This document shows positions 1 through 13,900 of a stretch of 64,000 bases of DNA, piece after piece. The stretch's first letter is position 1. Every line of letters begins with the position of its first letter. The notes beneath the pieces are model-generated. The model saw only the letters and a list, made by a program, of their open reading frames with translations. It did not search any database and had not been told where the DNA came from. The position numbers and the translations under genes are program-made. The stretch lies in assembly GCF_009914755.1 (NCBI RefSeq), contig NC_060939.1; one strand, written 5' to 3'. The stretch comes from the human T2T-CHM13v2.0 reference genome, Homo sapiens.

Positions 1-466
1 GTTCCATTCCATTCCGTTCCATTACATTCCATTCCATTCGGTACCATTCCATATTGTTCCATTCGATTCCATTCGAATCCATTCCTTCCAGTCCATTACA
101 TTCAATTCCATTCCATTCATTTCAATTCCATTCCATTCCATTCCATTACATTCCACTTGATTCCTCTCCATTCCCTTTCACTGCATTCCGTTCGATTCCA
201 TTCCATTGCATTGCATTCCATTCCATTGGATTGCATTCCATTCGATTCCATTCCATTCGAATCAATTACATAGCAATCCATTACATTCGAGTCTATTCTA
301 TTCCGTTCCATTCGATTTCGTTCCAATCCATTCGATTCCATTCCATTCGATTCCATTCCATACTATTGCATTCCATTCGATTACATTATATTCGAATAAG
401 TTCCATTCAAGACCATTTCTTTTGAGTCCATTCTATTTGAGTCCATTCCCTTTGATTCCATAACAT

Positions 467-2235
467 TTGAGTCCATTCAATTCCATTCCTTTCGTTTCCA
501 TTCCATTTGATGCCATTCCATTCAATTCTGTTCTACTCGACTCCAATACATTCAATTCCATTCCATCCGATTCCATTACATTCTTTTCATTTCTTATCCA
601 TTTCAAGCCATTCCACTCCATTCCATTCCACTCGTTTCCTTTCCATTCGAGTCCATTCCTCTCCAGTCCATTCCGTTCAATCCATTCCATTCCAGTCCAT
701 TCCATTCGAGTCCGTTCCATTCCAGTCCATTCCATTCGAGTCAATTCCATCCCATTCGATGTCTTTCCATAACGATCCATTCCATTCTATTCCTTTCGAT
801 TCCATTCCATTCTATTTCATTCCATTCGATTCCCTTCCATTGGACTCCTTTCCATTCGAGTGCATTCCATTCCGTTCCATTTCTTTCCGTTCTGTACGAT
901 TCCTACCGTTCGATTTCATTTTGTTCCAGTCCATTCCTTTCGCGTCCATTCCATTCCATTTCACTCCATTCGATTCCATTCCACTCGATTCCACTTCGTT
1001 CCATTTCATTGCATTCCATTCTATTCAACTCTATTGCCTTCCATTCCATTCCATTCGATTACATTCCATGCGATTCCATTCGAAATCGAATCAATTACAT
1101 TGCAATCCATTACTATTGAGTCCATTTTATTCCAGTCCACTGCATTCTGGTCCATTCCATTTGATTCCATTCCATTCTATTCCATTCCATACAGTTGCAT
1201 TCCATTGGATTCCATTCTATATCTATAAATTCAATTCGAGACCATTGCTTTTGAGTCCATTCTATATGATTCCATTCCATTCAAGTCCATTACATTTGGT
1301 TCAATTCCATTCCATTCCAGTTGATATCAATCCATTCGATTCCATTCCATTCGAGCACATTCCATTCGAGTCCATTCCATTCGATGCCATTCCATTTGAT
1401 TCTATTCCATTAGTCTCCATTCAATTCCATTAATCTCCATTCCATTCCATTCTACTCCAACTGATTCCATTCCTTTCTATTCCTTTCCATTCCATTTCAT
1501 TCCATTCCATTCCATTTCATTCCATTCCATTCCATTCGTGTCCATTCCTCTCCAGTCCATTCCATTCGTGTCCATTCCATTCCAGTCCATTCCATTTGTG
1601 TCCACTGCATTCCATTCCACTCCATTCCATATTATTCCATTACACTCCATTCCATTCTATTACTTTCATTTCCATTCAATTCCATTCCATTTGATTCCAT
1701 TCCACTCGGTTTCATTCCATTTGAGTCCACTCCATTCCATTCCATTCCATTCCATTCAGTTCCATTCCATTCTGTTCCATTCCATTCCGTTCCATTAGAT
1801 TCCATTCCATTCGGTACCATTCCATATTGTTCCATTCGATTCCATTCTAATCCATTCCATTCCAGTCCATTCCATTCGATTCCATTCCATTCATTTCAAT
1901 TCCATTCCATTCCATTCCATTCCACTTGATTCCACTCCATTCCCTTCCACTGCATTCCATTCGATTCCATTCCATTGCATTGCATTCCATTCCATTGGAC
2001 TGCATTCCATTCGATTCCATTCCATTCGAATCAATTACATAGCAATCCATTACATTCGAGTCTATTCTATTCCGTTCCATTCGATTTCGTTCCAATCCAT
2101 TCGATTCCATTCCATTCGATTCCATTCCATACTATTGCATTCCATTTGATTACATTATATTTTAATAAGTTCCATTCAAGACCATTTCTTTTGAGTCCAT
2201 TCTATTTGAGTCCATTCCCTTTGATTCCATAACAT
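467..2235 (+). repeat. First complete 1.8 kb monomer (1769 bp, carries a 20-bp deletion near 1315)
   Basis: Runs from landmark 467 to landmark 2236. It lacks the CCCTTCC-containing 20 bp before CCAGTTGATATC that most other units have; the unit at 5814 shares this deletion. Confidence 0.9.
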
Positions 2236-5200
2236 TTGAGTCCATTCAATTCCATTCCTTTCGTTTGCATTCCATTTGATGCCATTCCATTCAATTCTGT
2301 TCTACTCGACTCCAATACATTCAATTCCATTCCATCCGATTCCATTACATTCTTTTCATTTCTTATCCATTTCAAGCCATTCCACTCCATTCCATTCCAC
2401 TCGTTTCCTTTCCATTCGAGTCCATTCCTCTCCAGTCCATTCCGTTCAATCCATTCCATTCCAGTCTATTCCATTCGAGTCCGTTCCATTCCAGTCCTCT
2501 CTATTCGAGTCAATTCCATCCCATTCGATGTCTTTCCATAACGATCCATTCCATTCTATTCCTTTCGATTCCATTCCATTCTATTTCATTCAATTTGATT
2601 CCCTTCCATTGGACTCCTTTCCATTCGAGTGCATTCCATTCCGTTCCATTTCTTACCGTTCTGTACGATTCCTACCGTTCGATTTCATTTTGTTCCAGTC
2701 CATTCCTTTCGTGTCCATTCCATTCCATTTCACTCCATTCGATTCCATTCCACTCGATTCCACTTCGTTCCATTTCATTGCATTCCATTCTATTCAACTC
2801 TATTGCCTTCCATTCCATTCCATTCGATTACATTCCATGCGATTCCGTTCGAAATCGAATCAATTACATTGCAATCCATTACTATTGAGTCCGTTTTATT
2901 CCAGTCCACTGCATTCTGGTCCATTCCATTTGATTCCATTCCATTCTATTCCATTCCATACAGTTGCATTCCATTGGATTCCATTCTATATCTATAAATT
3001 CAATTCGAGACCATTGCTTTTGAGTCCATTCTATATGATTCCATTCCATTCAAGTCCATTACATTTGGTTCAATTCCATTCCATTCCATTCCCTTCCATT
3101 CCATTCCAGTTGATATCAATCCATTCGATTCCATTCCATTCGAGCACATTCCATTCGAGTCCATTCCATTCGATGCCATTCCATTTGATTCTATTCCATT
3201 ATTCTCCATTCAATTCCATTAATCTCCATTCCATTCCATTCTACTCCAAGTGATTCCATTCCATTCTATTCCTTTCCATTCCATTTCATTCCATTCCATT
3301 CCATTTCATTCCATTCCATTCCATTCGTGTCCATTCCACTCCAGTCCATTCCATTCGTGTCCATTCCATTCCAGTCCATTCCATTTGTGTCCGCTGCATT
3401 CCATTCCACTCCATTCCATATTATTCCATTACACTCCATTCCATTCTATTACTTTCATTTCCATTCAATTCCATTCCATTTGATTCCATTCCACTCGGTT
3501 TCATTCCATTTGAGTCCACTCCATTCCATTCCATTCCATTCCATTCAGTTCCATTCCATTCTGTTCCATTCCATTCCGTTCCATTGCATTCCATTCCATT
3601 CGGTACCATTCCATATTGTTCCATTCGATTCCATTCGAATCCATTCCATTCCAGTCCATTCCATTCGATTCCATTCCATTCCTTTCAATTCCATTCCATT
3701 CCATTCCATTCCACTTGATTCCACTCCATTCCCTTCCACTACATTCCATTCGATTCCATTCCATTGCATTGCATTCCATTCCATTGGACTGCATTCCATT
3801 CGATTCCATTCCATTCGAATCAATTACATAGCAATCCATTACATTCGAGTCTATTCTATTCCGTTCCATTCGATTTCATTCCAATCCATTCGATTCCATT
3901 CCATTCGATTCCATTCCATACTATTGCATTCCATTCGATTACATTATATTCGAATAAGTTCCATTCAAGACCATTTCTTTTGAGTCCATTCTATTTGAGT
4001 CCATTCCCTTTGATTCCATAACATTTGAGTCCATTCAATTCCATTCCTTTCGTTTCCATTCCATTTGATGCCATTCCATTCAATTCTGTTCTACTCGACT
4101 CCAATACATTCAATTCCATTCCATCCGATTCCATTACATTCTTTTCATTTCTTATCCATTTCAAGCCATTCCACTCCATTCCATTCCACTCGTTTCCTTT
4201 CCATTCGAGTCCATTCCTCTCCAGTCCATTCCGTTCAATCCATTCCATTCCAGTCCATTCCATTCGAGTCCATTCCATTCCAGTCCATTCCATTCGAGTC
4301 AATTCCATTCCATTCGATGTCTTTCCATAACGATCCATTCCATTCTATTCCTTTCGATTCCATTCCATTCTATTTCATTCCATTCGATTCCCTTCCTTTG
4401 GACTCCTTTCCATTCGAGTGCATTCCATTCCGTTCCATTTCTTTCCGTTCTGTACGATTCCTACCGTTCGATTTCATTTTGTTCCAGTCCATTCCTTTCG
4501 CGTCCATTCCATTCCATTTCACTCCATTCGATTCCATTCCACTCGATTCCACTTCGTTCCATTTCATTGCATTCCATTCTATTCAACTCTATTGCCTTCC
4601 ATTCCATTCCATTCGATTACATTCCATGCGATTCCATTCGAAATCGAATCAATTACATTGCAATCCATTACTATTGAGTCCGTTTTATTCCAGTCCACTG
4701 CATTCTGGTCCATTCCATTTGATTCCATTCCATTCTATTCCATTCCATACAGTTGCATTCCATTGGATTCCATGCTATATCTATAAATTCAATTCGAGAC
4801 CATTGCTTTTGAGTCCATTCTATATGATTCCATTCCATTCAAGTCCATTACATTTGGTTCAATTCCATTCCATTCCATTCCCTTCCATTCCATTCCAGTT
4901 GATATCAATCCATTCGATTCCATTCCATTCGAGCACATTCCATTCGAGTCCATTCCATTCGATGCCATTCCATTTGATTCTATTCCATCAGTCTCCATTC
5001 AATTCCATTAATCTCCATTCCATTCCATTCTACTCCAACTGATTCCATTCCATTCTATTCCTTTCCATTCCATTTCATTCCATTCCATTCCATTTCATTC
5101 CATTCCAATCCATTCGTGTCCATTCCACTCCAGTCCATTCCATTCGTGTCCATTCCATTCCAGTCCATTCCATTTGTGTCCGCTGCATTCCATTCCACTC

Positions 5201-8200
5201 CATTCCATATTATTCCATTACACTCCATTCCATTCTATTACTTTCATTTCCATTCAATTCCATTTCATTTGATTCCATTCCACTCGGTTTCATTCCATTT
5301 GAGTCCACTCCATTCCATTCCATTCCATTCCATTCAGTTCCATTCCATTCTGTTCCATTCCATTCCGTTCCATTGCATTCCATTCCATTCGGTACCATTC
5401 CAAATTGTTCCATTCGATTCCATTCGAATCCATTCCATTCCAGTCCATTCCATTCGATTCCATTCCATTCCTTTCAATTCCATTCCATTCCATTCCATTC
5501 CACTTGTTTCCACTCCATTCCCTTCCACTACATTCCATTCGATTCCATTCCATTGCATTGCATTCCATTCCATTGGACTGCATTCCATTCGATTCCATTC
5601 CATTCGAATCAATTACATAGCAATCCATTACATTCGAGTCTATTCTATTCCGTTCCATTCGATTTCATTCCAATCCATTCGATTCCATTCCATTCGATTC
5701 CATTCCATACTATTGCATTCCATTCTATTACATTATATTCGAATAAGTTCCATTCAAGACCATTTCTTTTGAGTCCATTCTATTTGAGTCCATTCCCTTT
5801 GATTCCATAATATTTGAGTCCATTCAATTCCAATCCTTTCGTTTCCATTCCATTTGATGCCATTCCACTCAATTCTGTTCTACTCGACTCCAATACATTC
5901 AATTCCATTCCATCCGATTCCATTACATTCTTTTCATTTCTTATCCATTTCAAGCCATTCCACTCCATTCCATTCCACTCGTTTCCTTTCCATTCGAGTC
6001 CATTCCTCTCCAGTCCATTCCGTTCAATCCATTCCATTCCAGTCCATTCCATTCGAGTCCGTTCCATTCCAGTCCATTCCATTCGATGTCTTTCCATAAC
6101 GATCCATTCCATTCTATTCCTTTCGATTCCATTCCATTCTATTTCATTCCATTCGATTCCCTTCCATTGGACTCCTTTCCATTCGAGTGCATTCCATTCC
6201 GTTCCCTTTCTTTCCGTTCTGTACGATTCTTACCGTTCGATTTCATTTTGTTCCAGTCCATTCCTTTCGCGTCCATTCCATTCCATTTCACTCCATTCGA
6301 TTCCATTCCACTCGATTCCACTTCGTTCCATTTCATTGCATTCCATTCTATTCAACTCTATTGCCTTCCATTCCATTCCATTCGATTACATTCCATGCGA
6401 TTGCATTCGAAATCGAATCAATTACATTGCAATCCATTACTATTGAGTCCGTTTTATTCCAGTCCACTGCATTCTGGTCCATTCCATTTGATTCCATTCC
6501 ATTCTATTCCATTCCTTACAGTTGCATTCCTTTGGATTCCATGCTATATCTATAATTTCAATTCGAGACCATTGCTTTTGAGTCCATTCTATATGATTCC
6601 ATTCCATTCAAGTCCATTACATTTGGTTCAATTCCATTCCATTCCAGTTGATATCAATCCATTCGATTCCATTCCATTCGAGCACATTCCATTCGAGTCC
6701 ATTCCATTCGATGCCATTCCATTTGATTCTATTCCATTAGTCTCCATTCAATTCCATTAATCTCCATTCCATTCCATTCTACTCCAACTGATTCCATTCC
6801 ATTCTATTCCTTTCCATTCCATTTCATTCCATTCCATTCCATTTCATTCCATTCCATTCCATTCGTGTCCATTCCACTCCAGTCCATTCCATTCGTGTCC
6901 ATTCCATTCCAGTCCATTCCATTTGTGTCCACTGCATTCCATTCCACTCCATTCCATATTATTCCATTACACTCCATTCCATTCTATTACTTTCATTTCC
7001 ATTCAATTCCATTCCATTTGATTCCATTCCACTCGGTTTCATTCCATTTGAGTCCACTCCATTCCATTCCATTCCATTCCATTCAGTTCCATTCCATTCT
7101 GTTCCATTCCATTCCGTTCCATTACATTCCATTCCATTCGGTACCATTCCATATTGTTCCATTCGATTCCATTCGAATCCATTCCATTCCAGTCCATTCC
7201 ATTCGATTCCATTCCATTCATTTCAATTCCATTCCATTCCATTCCATTACATTCCACTTGATTCCTCTCCATTCCCTTCCACTGCATTCCGTTCGATTCC
7301 ATTCCATTGCATTGCATTCCATTCCATTGGATTGCATTCCATTCGATTCCATTCCATTGGAATCAATTACATAGCAATCCATTACATTCGAGTCTATTCT
7401 ATTCCGTTCCATTCGATTTCGTTCCAATCCATTCGATTCCATTCCATTCGATTCCATTCCATACTATTGCATTCCATTCGATTACATTATATTCGAATAA
7501 GTTCCATTCAAGACCATTTCTTTTGAGTCCATTCTATTTGAGTCCATTCCCTTTGATTCCATAACATTTGAGTCCATTCAATTCCATTCCTTTCGTTTCC
7601 ATTCCATTTGATGCCATTCCATTCAATTCTGTTCTACTCGACTCCAATACATTCAATTCCATTCCATCCGATTCCATTACATTCTTTTCATTTCTTATCC
7701 ATTTCAAGCCATTCCACTCCATTCCATTCCACTCGTTTCCTTTCCATTCGAGTCCATTCCTCTCCAGTCCATTCCGTTCAATCCATTCCATTCCAGTCCA
7801 TTCCATTCGAGTCCGTTCCATTCCAGTCCAATCCATTCGAGTCAATTCCATCCCATTCGATGTCTTTCCATAACGATCCATTCCATTCTATTCCTTTCGA
7901 TTCCATTCCATTCTATTTCATTCCATTCGATTCCCTTCCATTGGACTCCTTTCCATTCGAGTGCATTCCATTCCGTTCCATTTCTTTCCGTGCTGTACGA
8001 TTCCTACCATTCAATTTCATTTTGTTCCAGTCCATTCCTTTCGCGTCCATTCCATTCCATTTCACTCCATTCGATTCCATTCCACTCGATTCCACTTCGT
8101 TCCATTTCATAGCATTCCATTCTATTCAACTCTATTGCCTTCCATTCCATTCCATTCGATTACATTCCATGCGATTCCATTCGAAATCGAATCAATTACA

Positions 8201-10929
8201 TTGCAATCCATTACTATTGAGTCCATTTTATTCCAGTCCACTGCATTCTGGTCCATTCCATTTGATTCCATTCCATTCTATTCCATTCCATACAGTTGCA
8301 TTCCATTGGATTCCATTCTATATCTATAAATTCAATTCGAGACCATTGCTTTTGAGTCCATTCTATATGATTCCATTCCATTCAAGTCCATTACATTTGG
8401 TTCAATTCCATTCCATTCCATTCCCTTCCATTCCATTCCAGTTGATATCAATCCATTCGATTCCATTCCATTCGAGCACATTCCATTCGAGTCCATTCCA
8501 TTCGATGCCATTCCATTTGATTCTATTCCATTAGTCTCCATTCAATTCCATTAATCTCCATTCCATTCCATTCTACTCCAACTGATTCCATTCCATTCTA
8601 TTCCTTTCCATTCCATTTCATTCCATTCCATTCCATTTCATTCCATTCCATTCCATTCGCTTCCATTCCATTCGTGTCCATTCCACTCCAGTCCATTCCA
8701 TTCGTGTCCATTCCATTCCAGTCCATTCCATTTGTGTCCACTGCATTCCATTCCACTCCATTCCATATTATTCCATTACACTCCATTCCATTCTATTACT
8801 TTCATTTCCATTCAATTCCATTCCATTTGATTCCATTCCACTCGGTTTCATTCCATTTGAGTCCACTCCATTCCATTCCATTCCATTCCATTCAGTTCCA
8901 TTCCATTCTGTTCCATTCCATTCCGTTCCATTGCATTCCATTCCATTCGGTACCATTCCATATTGTTCCATTCGATTCCATTCGAATCCATTCCATTCCA
9001 GTCCATTCCATTCGATTCCATTCCATTCCTTTCAATTCCATTCCATTCCATTCCATTCCACTTGATTCCACTCCATTCCCTTCCACTGCATTCCATTCGA
9101 TTCCATTCCATTGCATTGCATTCCATTCCATTGGACTGCATTCCATTCGATTCCATTCCATTCGAATCAATTACATAGCAATCCATTACATTCGAGTCTA
9201 TTCTATTCCGTTCCATTCGATTTCGTTCCAATCCATTCGATTCCATTCCATTCGATTCCATTCCATACTATTGCATTCCATTCTATTACATTATATTCGA
9301 ATAAGTTCCATTCAAGACCATTTCTTTTGAGTCCATTCTATTTGAGTCCATTCCCTTTGATTCCATAACATTTGAGTCCATTCAATTCCATTCCTTTCGT
9401 TTGCATTCCATTTGATGCCATTCCATTCAATTCTGTTCTACTCGACTCCAATACATTCAATTCCATTCCATCCGATTCCATTACATTCTTTTCATTTCTT
9501 ATCCATTTCAAGCCATTCCACTCCATTCCATTCCACTCGTTTCCTTTCCATTCGAGTCCATTCCTCTCCAGTCCATTCCGTTCAATCCATTCCATTCCAG
9601 TCCATTCCATTCGAGTCCGTTCCATTCCAGCCCATTCCATTCGAGTCAATTCCATTCCATTCGATGTCTTTCCATAACGATCCATTCCATTCTATTCCTT
9701 TCGATTCCATTCCATTCTATTTCATTCCATTTGATTCCCTTCCATTGGACTCCTTTCCATTCGAGTGCATTCCATTCCGTTCCATTTCTTTCCGTTCTGT
9801 ACGATTCCTACCGTTCGATTTCATTTTGTTCCAGTCCATTCCTTTCGCGTCCATTCCATTCCATTTCACTCCATTCGATTCCATTCCACTCGATTCCACT
9901 TCGTTCCATTTCATTAAATTCCATTCTATTCAACTCTATTGCCTTCCATTCCATTCCATTCGATTACATTCCATGCGATTCCATTCGAAATCGAATCAAT
10001 TACATTGCAATCCATTACTATTGAGTCCGTTTTATTCCAGTCCACTGCATTCTGGTCCATTCCATTTGATTCCATTCCATTTTATTCCATTCCATACAGT
10101 TGCAGTCCATTGGATTCCATGCTATATCTATAAATTCAATTCGAGACCATTGCCTTTGAGTCCATTCTATATGATTCCATTCCATTCAAGTCCATTAGAT
10201 TTGGTTCAATTCCATTCCATTCCATTCCCTTCCATTCCATTCCAGTTGATATCAATCCATTCGATTCCATTCCATTCGAGCACATTCCATTCGAGTCCAT
10301 TCCATTCGATGCCATTCCATTTGATTCTATTCCATTAGTCTCCATTCAATTCCATTAATCTCCATTCCATTCCATTCTACTCCAACTGATTCCATTCCAT
10401 TCTATTCCTTTCCATTCCATTTCATTCCATTCCATTCCATTTCATTCCATTCCATTCCATTCGTGTCCATTCCACTCCAGTCCATTCCATTCGTGTCCAT
10501 TCCATTCCAGTCCATTCCATTTGTGTCCACTGCATTCCATTCCACTCCATTCCATATTATTCCATTACACTCCATTCCATTCTATTACTTTCATTTCCAT
10601 TCAATTCCATTCCATTTGATTCCATTCCACTCGGTTTCATTCCATTTGAGTCCACTCCATTCCATTCCATTCCATTCCATTCAGTTCCATTCCATTCTGT
10701 TCCATTCCATTCCGTTCCATTACATTCCATTCCATTCGGTACCATTCCATATTGTTCCATTCGATTCCATTCGAATCCATTCCATTCCAGTCCATTCCAT
10801 TCGATTCCATTCCATTCATTTCAATTCCATTCCATTCCATTCCATTCCACTTGATTCCACTCCATTCCCTTCCACTGCATTCCATTCGATTCCATTCCAT
10901 TGCATTGCATTCCATTCCATTGGACTGCA

Positions 10930-13900
10930 TTCCATTTGATTCCATTCCATTCGAATCAATTACATAGCAATCCATTACATTCGAGTCTATTCTATTCCGT
11001 TCCATTCGATTTCATTCCAATCCATTCGATTCCATTCCATTCGATTCCATTCCATACTATTGCATTCCATTCTATTACATTATATTCGAATAAGTTCCAT
11101 TCAAGACCATTTCTTTTGAGTCCATTCTATTTGAGTCCATTCCCTTTGATTCCATAACATTTGAGTCCATTCAATTCCATTCCTTTCGTTTCCATTCCAT
11201 TTGATGCCATTCCATTCAATTCTGTTCTACTCGACTCCAATACATTCAATTCCATTCCATCCGATTCCATTACATTCTTTTCATTTCTTATCCATTTCAA
11301 GCCATTCCACTCCATTCCATTCCACTCGTTTCCTTTCCATTCGAGTCCATTCCTCTCCAGTCCATTCCGTTCAATCCATTCCATTCCAGTCCATTCCATT
11401 CGAGTCCGTTCCATTCCAGTCCATTCCATTCGAGTCAATTCCATTCCATTCGATGTCTTTCCATAACGATCCATTCCATTCTATTCCTTTCGATTCCATT
11501 CCATTCTATTTCATTCCATTCGATTCCCTTCCATTGGACTCCTTTCCATTCGAGTGCATTCCATTCCGTTCCATTTCTTTCCGTTCTGTACGATTCCTAC
11601 CGTTCGATTTCATTTTGTTCCAGTCCATTCCTTTCGCGTCCATTCCATTCCATTTCACTCCATTCGATTCCATTCCACTCGATTCCACTTCGTTCCATTT
11701 CATTGCATTCCATTCTATTCAACTCTATTGCCTTCCATTCCATTCCATTCGATTACATTCCATGCGATTCCATTCGAAATCGAATCAATTACATTGCAAT
11801 CCATTACTATTGAGTCCGTTTTATTCCAGTCCACTGCATTCTGGTCCATTCCATTTGATTCCATTCCATTCTATTCCATTCCATACAGTTGCATTCCATT
11901 GGATTCCATGCTATATCTATAAATTCAATTCGAGACCATTGCTTTTGAGTCCATTCTATATGATTCCATTCCATTCAAGTCCATTACATTTGGTTCAATT
12001 CCATTCCATTCCATTCCCTTCCATTCCATTCCAGTTGATATCAATCCTTTCGATTCCATTCCATTCGAGCACATTCCATTCGAGTCCATTCCATTCGATG
12101 CCATTCCATTTGATTCTATTCCATTAGTCTCCATTCAATTCCATTAATCTCCATTCCATTCCATTCTACTCCAACTGATTCCATTCCATTCTATTCCTTT
12201 CCATTCCATTTCATTCCATTCCATTCCATTTCATTCCATTCCATTCCATTCGTGTCCATTCCACTCCAGTCCATTCCATTCGTGTCCATTCCATTCCAGT
12301 CCATTCCATTTGTGTGCACTGCATTCCATTCCACTCCATTCCATATTATTCCATTACACTCCATTCCATTCTATTACTTTCATTTCCATTCAATTCCATT
12401 CCATTTGATTCCATTCCACTCGGTTTCATTCCATTTGAGTCCACTCCATTCCATTCCATTCCATTCCATTCAGTTCCATTCCATTCTGTTCCATTCCATT
12501 CCGTTCCATTACATTCCATTCCATTCGGTACCATTCCATATTGTTCCTTTCGATTCCATTCGATTCCATTCCATTCATTTCAATTCCATTCCATTCCATT
12601 CCATTACATTCCACTTGATTCCTCTCCATTCCCTTCCACTGCATTCCGTTCGATTCCATTCCATTGCATTGCATTCCATTCCATTGGATTGCATTCTATT
12701 CGATTCCATTCCATTCGAATCAATTACATAGCAATCCATTACATTCGAGTCTATTCTATTCCGTTCCATTCGATTTCGTTCCAATCCATTCGATTCCATT
12801 CCATTCGATTCCATTCCATACTATTGCATTCCATTCGATTACATTATATTCGAATAAGTTCCATTCAAGACCATTCCTTTTGAGTCCATTCTATTTGAGT
12901 CCATTCCCTTTGATTCCATAACATTTGAGTCCATTCAATTCCATTCCTTTCGTTTCCATTCCATTTGATGCCATTCCATTCAATTCTGTTCTACTCGACT
13001 CCAATACATTCAATTCCATTCCCTCCGATTCCATTACATTCTTTTCATTTCTTATCCATTTCAAGCCATTCCACTCCATTCCATTCCACTCGTTTCCTTT
13101 CCAGTCGAGTCCATTCCTCTCCAGTCCATTCCGTTCAATCCATTCCATTCCAGTCCATTCCATTCGAGTCCATTCCATTCCAGTCCATTCCATTCGAGTC
13201 AATTCCATCCCATTCGATGTCTTCCCATAACGATCCATTACATTCTATTCCTTTCGATTCCATTCCATTCTATTTCATTCCATTCGATTCCCTTCCATTG
13301 GACTCCTTTCCATTCGAGTGCATTCCATTCCGTTCCATTACTTTCCGTTCAGTACGATTCCTACCGTTCGATTTCATTTTCTTCCAGTCCATTCCTTTCG
13401 CGTCCATTCCATTCCATTTCACTCCATTCGATTCCATTCCACTCGATTCCACTTCGTTCCATTTCATTGCATTCCATTCTATTCAACTCTATTGCCTTCC
13501 ATTCCATTCCATTCGATTACATTCCATGCGATTCCATTCGAAATCGAATCAATTACATTGCAATCCATTACTATTGAGTCCGTTTTATTCCAGTCCACTG
13601 CATTCTGGTCCATTCCATTTGATTCCATTCCATTCTATTCCATTCTATACAGTTGCATTCCATTGGATTCCATTCTATATCTATAAATTCAATTCGAGAC
13701 CATTGATTTTGAGTCCATTCTATATGATTCCATTCCATTCAAGTCCATTACGTTTGGTTCAATTCCATTCCATTATATTCCCTTCCATTCCATTCCAGTT
13801 GATATCAATCCATTCGATTCAATTCCATTCGAGCGCATTCCATTTGAGTCCATTCCATTCGATGCCATTCCATTTGATTCTATTCCATTAGTCTCCATTC

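Noticed and set aside
433-780. Minus-strand MEWNG-repeat ORFs
   Set aside because: Translation of (GAATG)n, which supplies an ATG every 5 bp; a well-known satellite artefact.
1075-1095. TTCGAAATCGAA as a heat-shock element
   Set aside because: TTC/GAA spacing (0 and 6 bp) does not fit nTTCnnGAAn geometry.
507-1433. Recurrent 308-aa ORF and all other + strand IPFHS-rich ORFs
   Set aside because: (CATTC)n has no stop codon in any frame and translates to (IPFHS)n. Most starts are TTG/GTG, ORFs overlap in all frames, no domain is recognisable, and recurrence merely reflects the DNA repeat.
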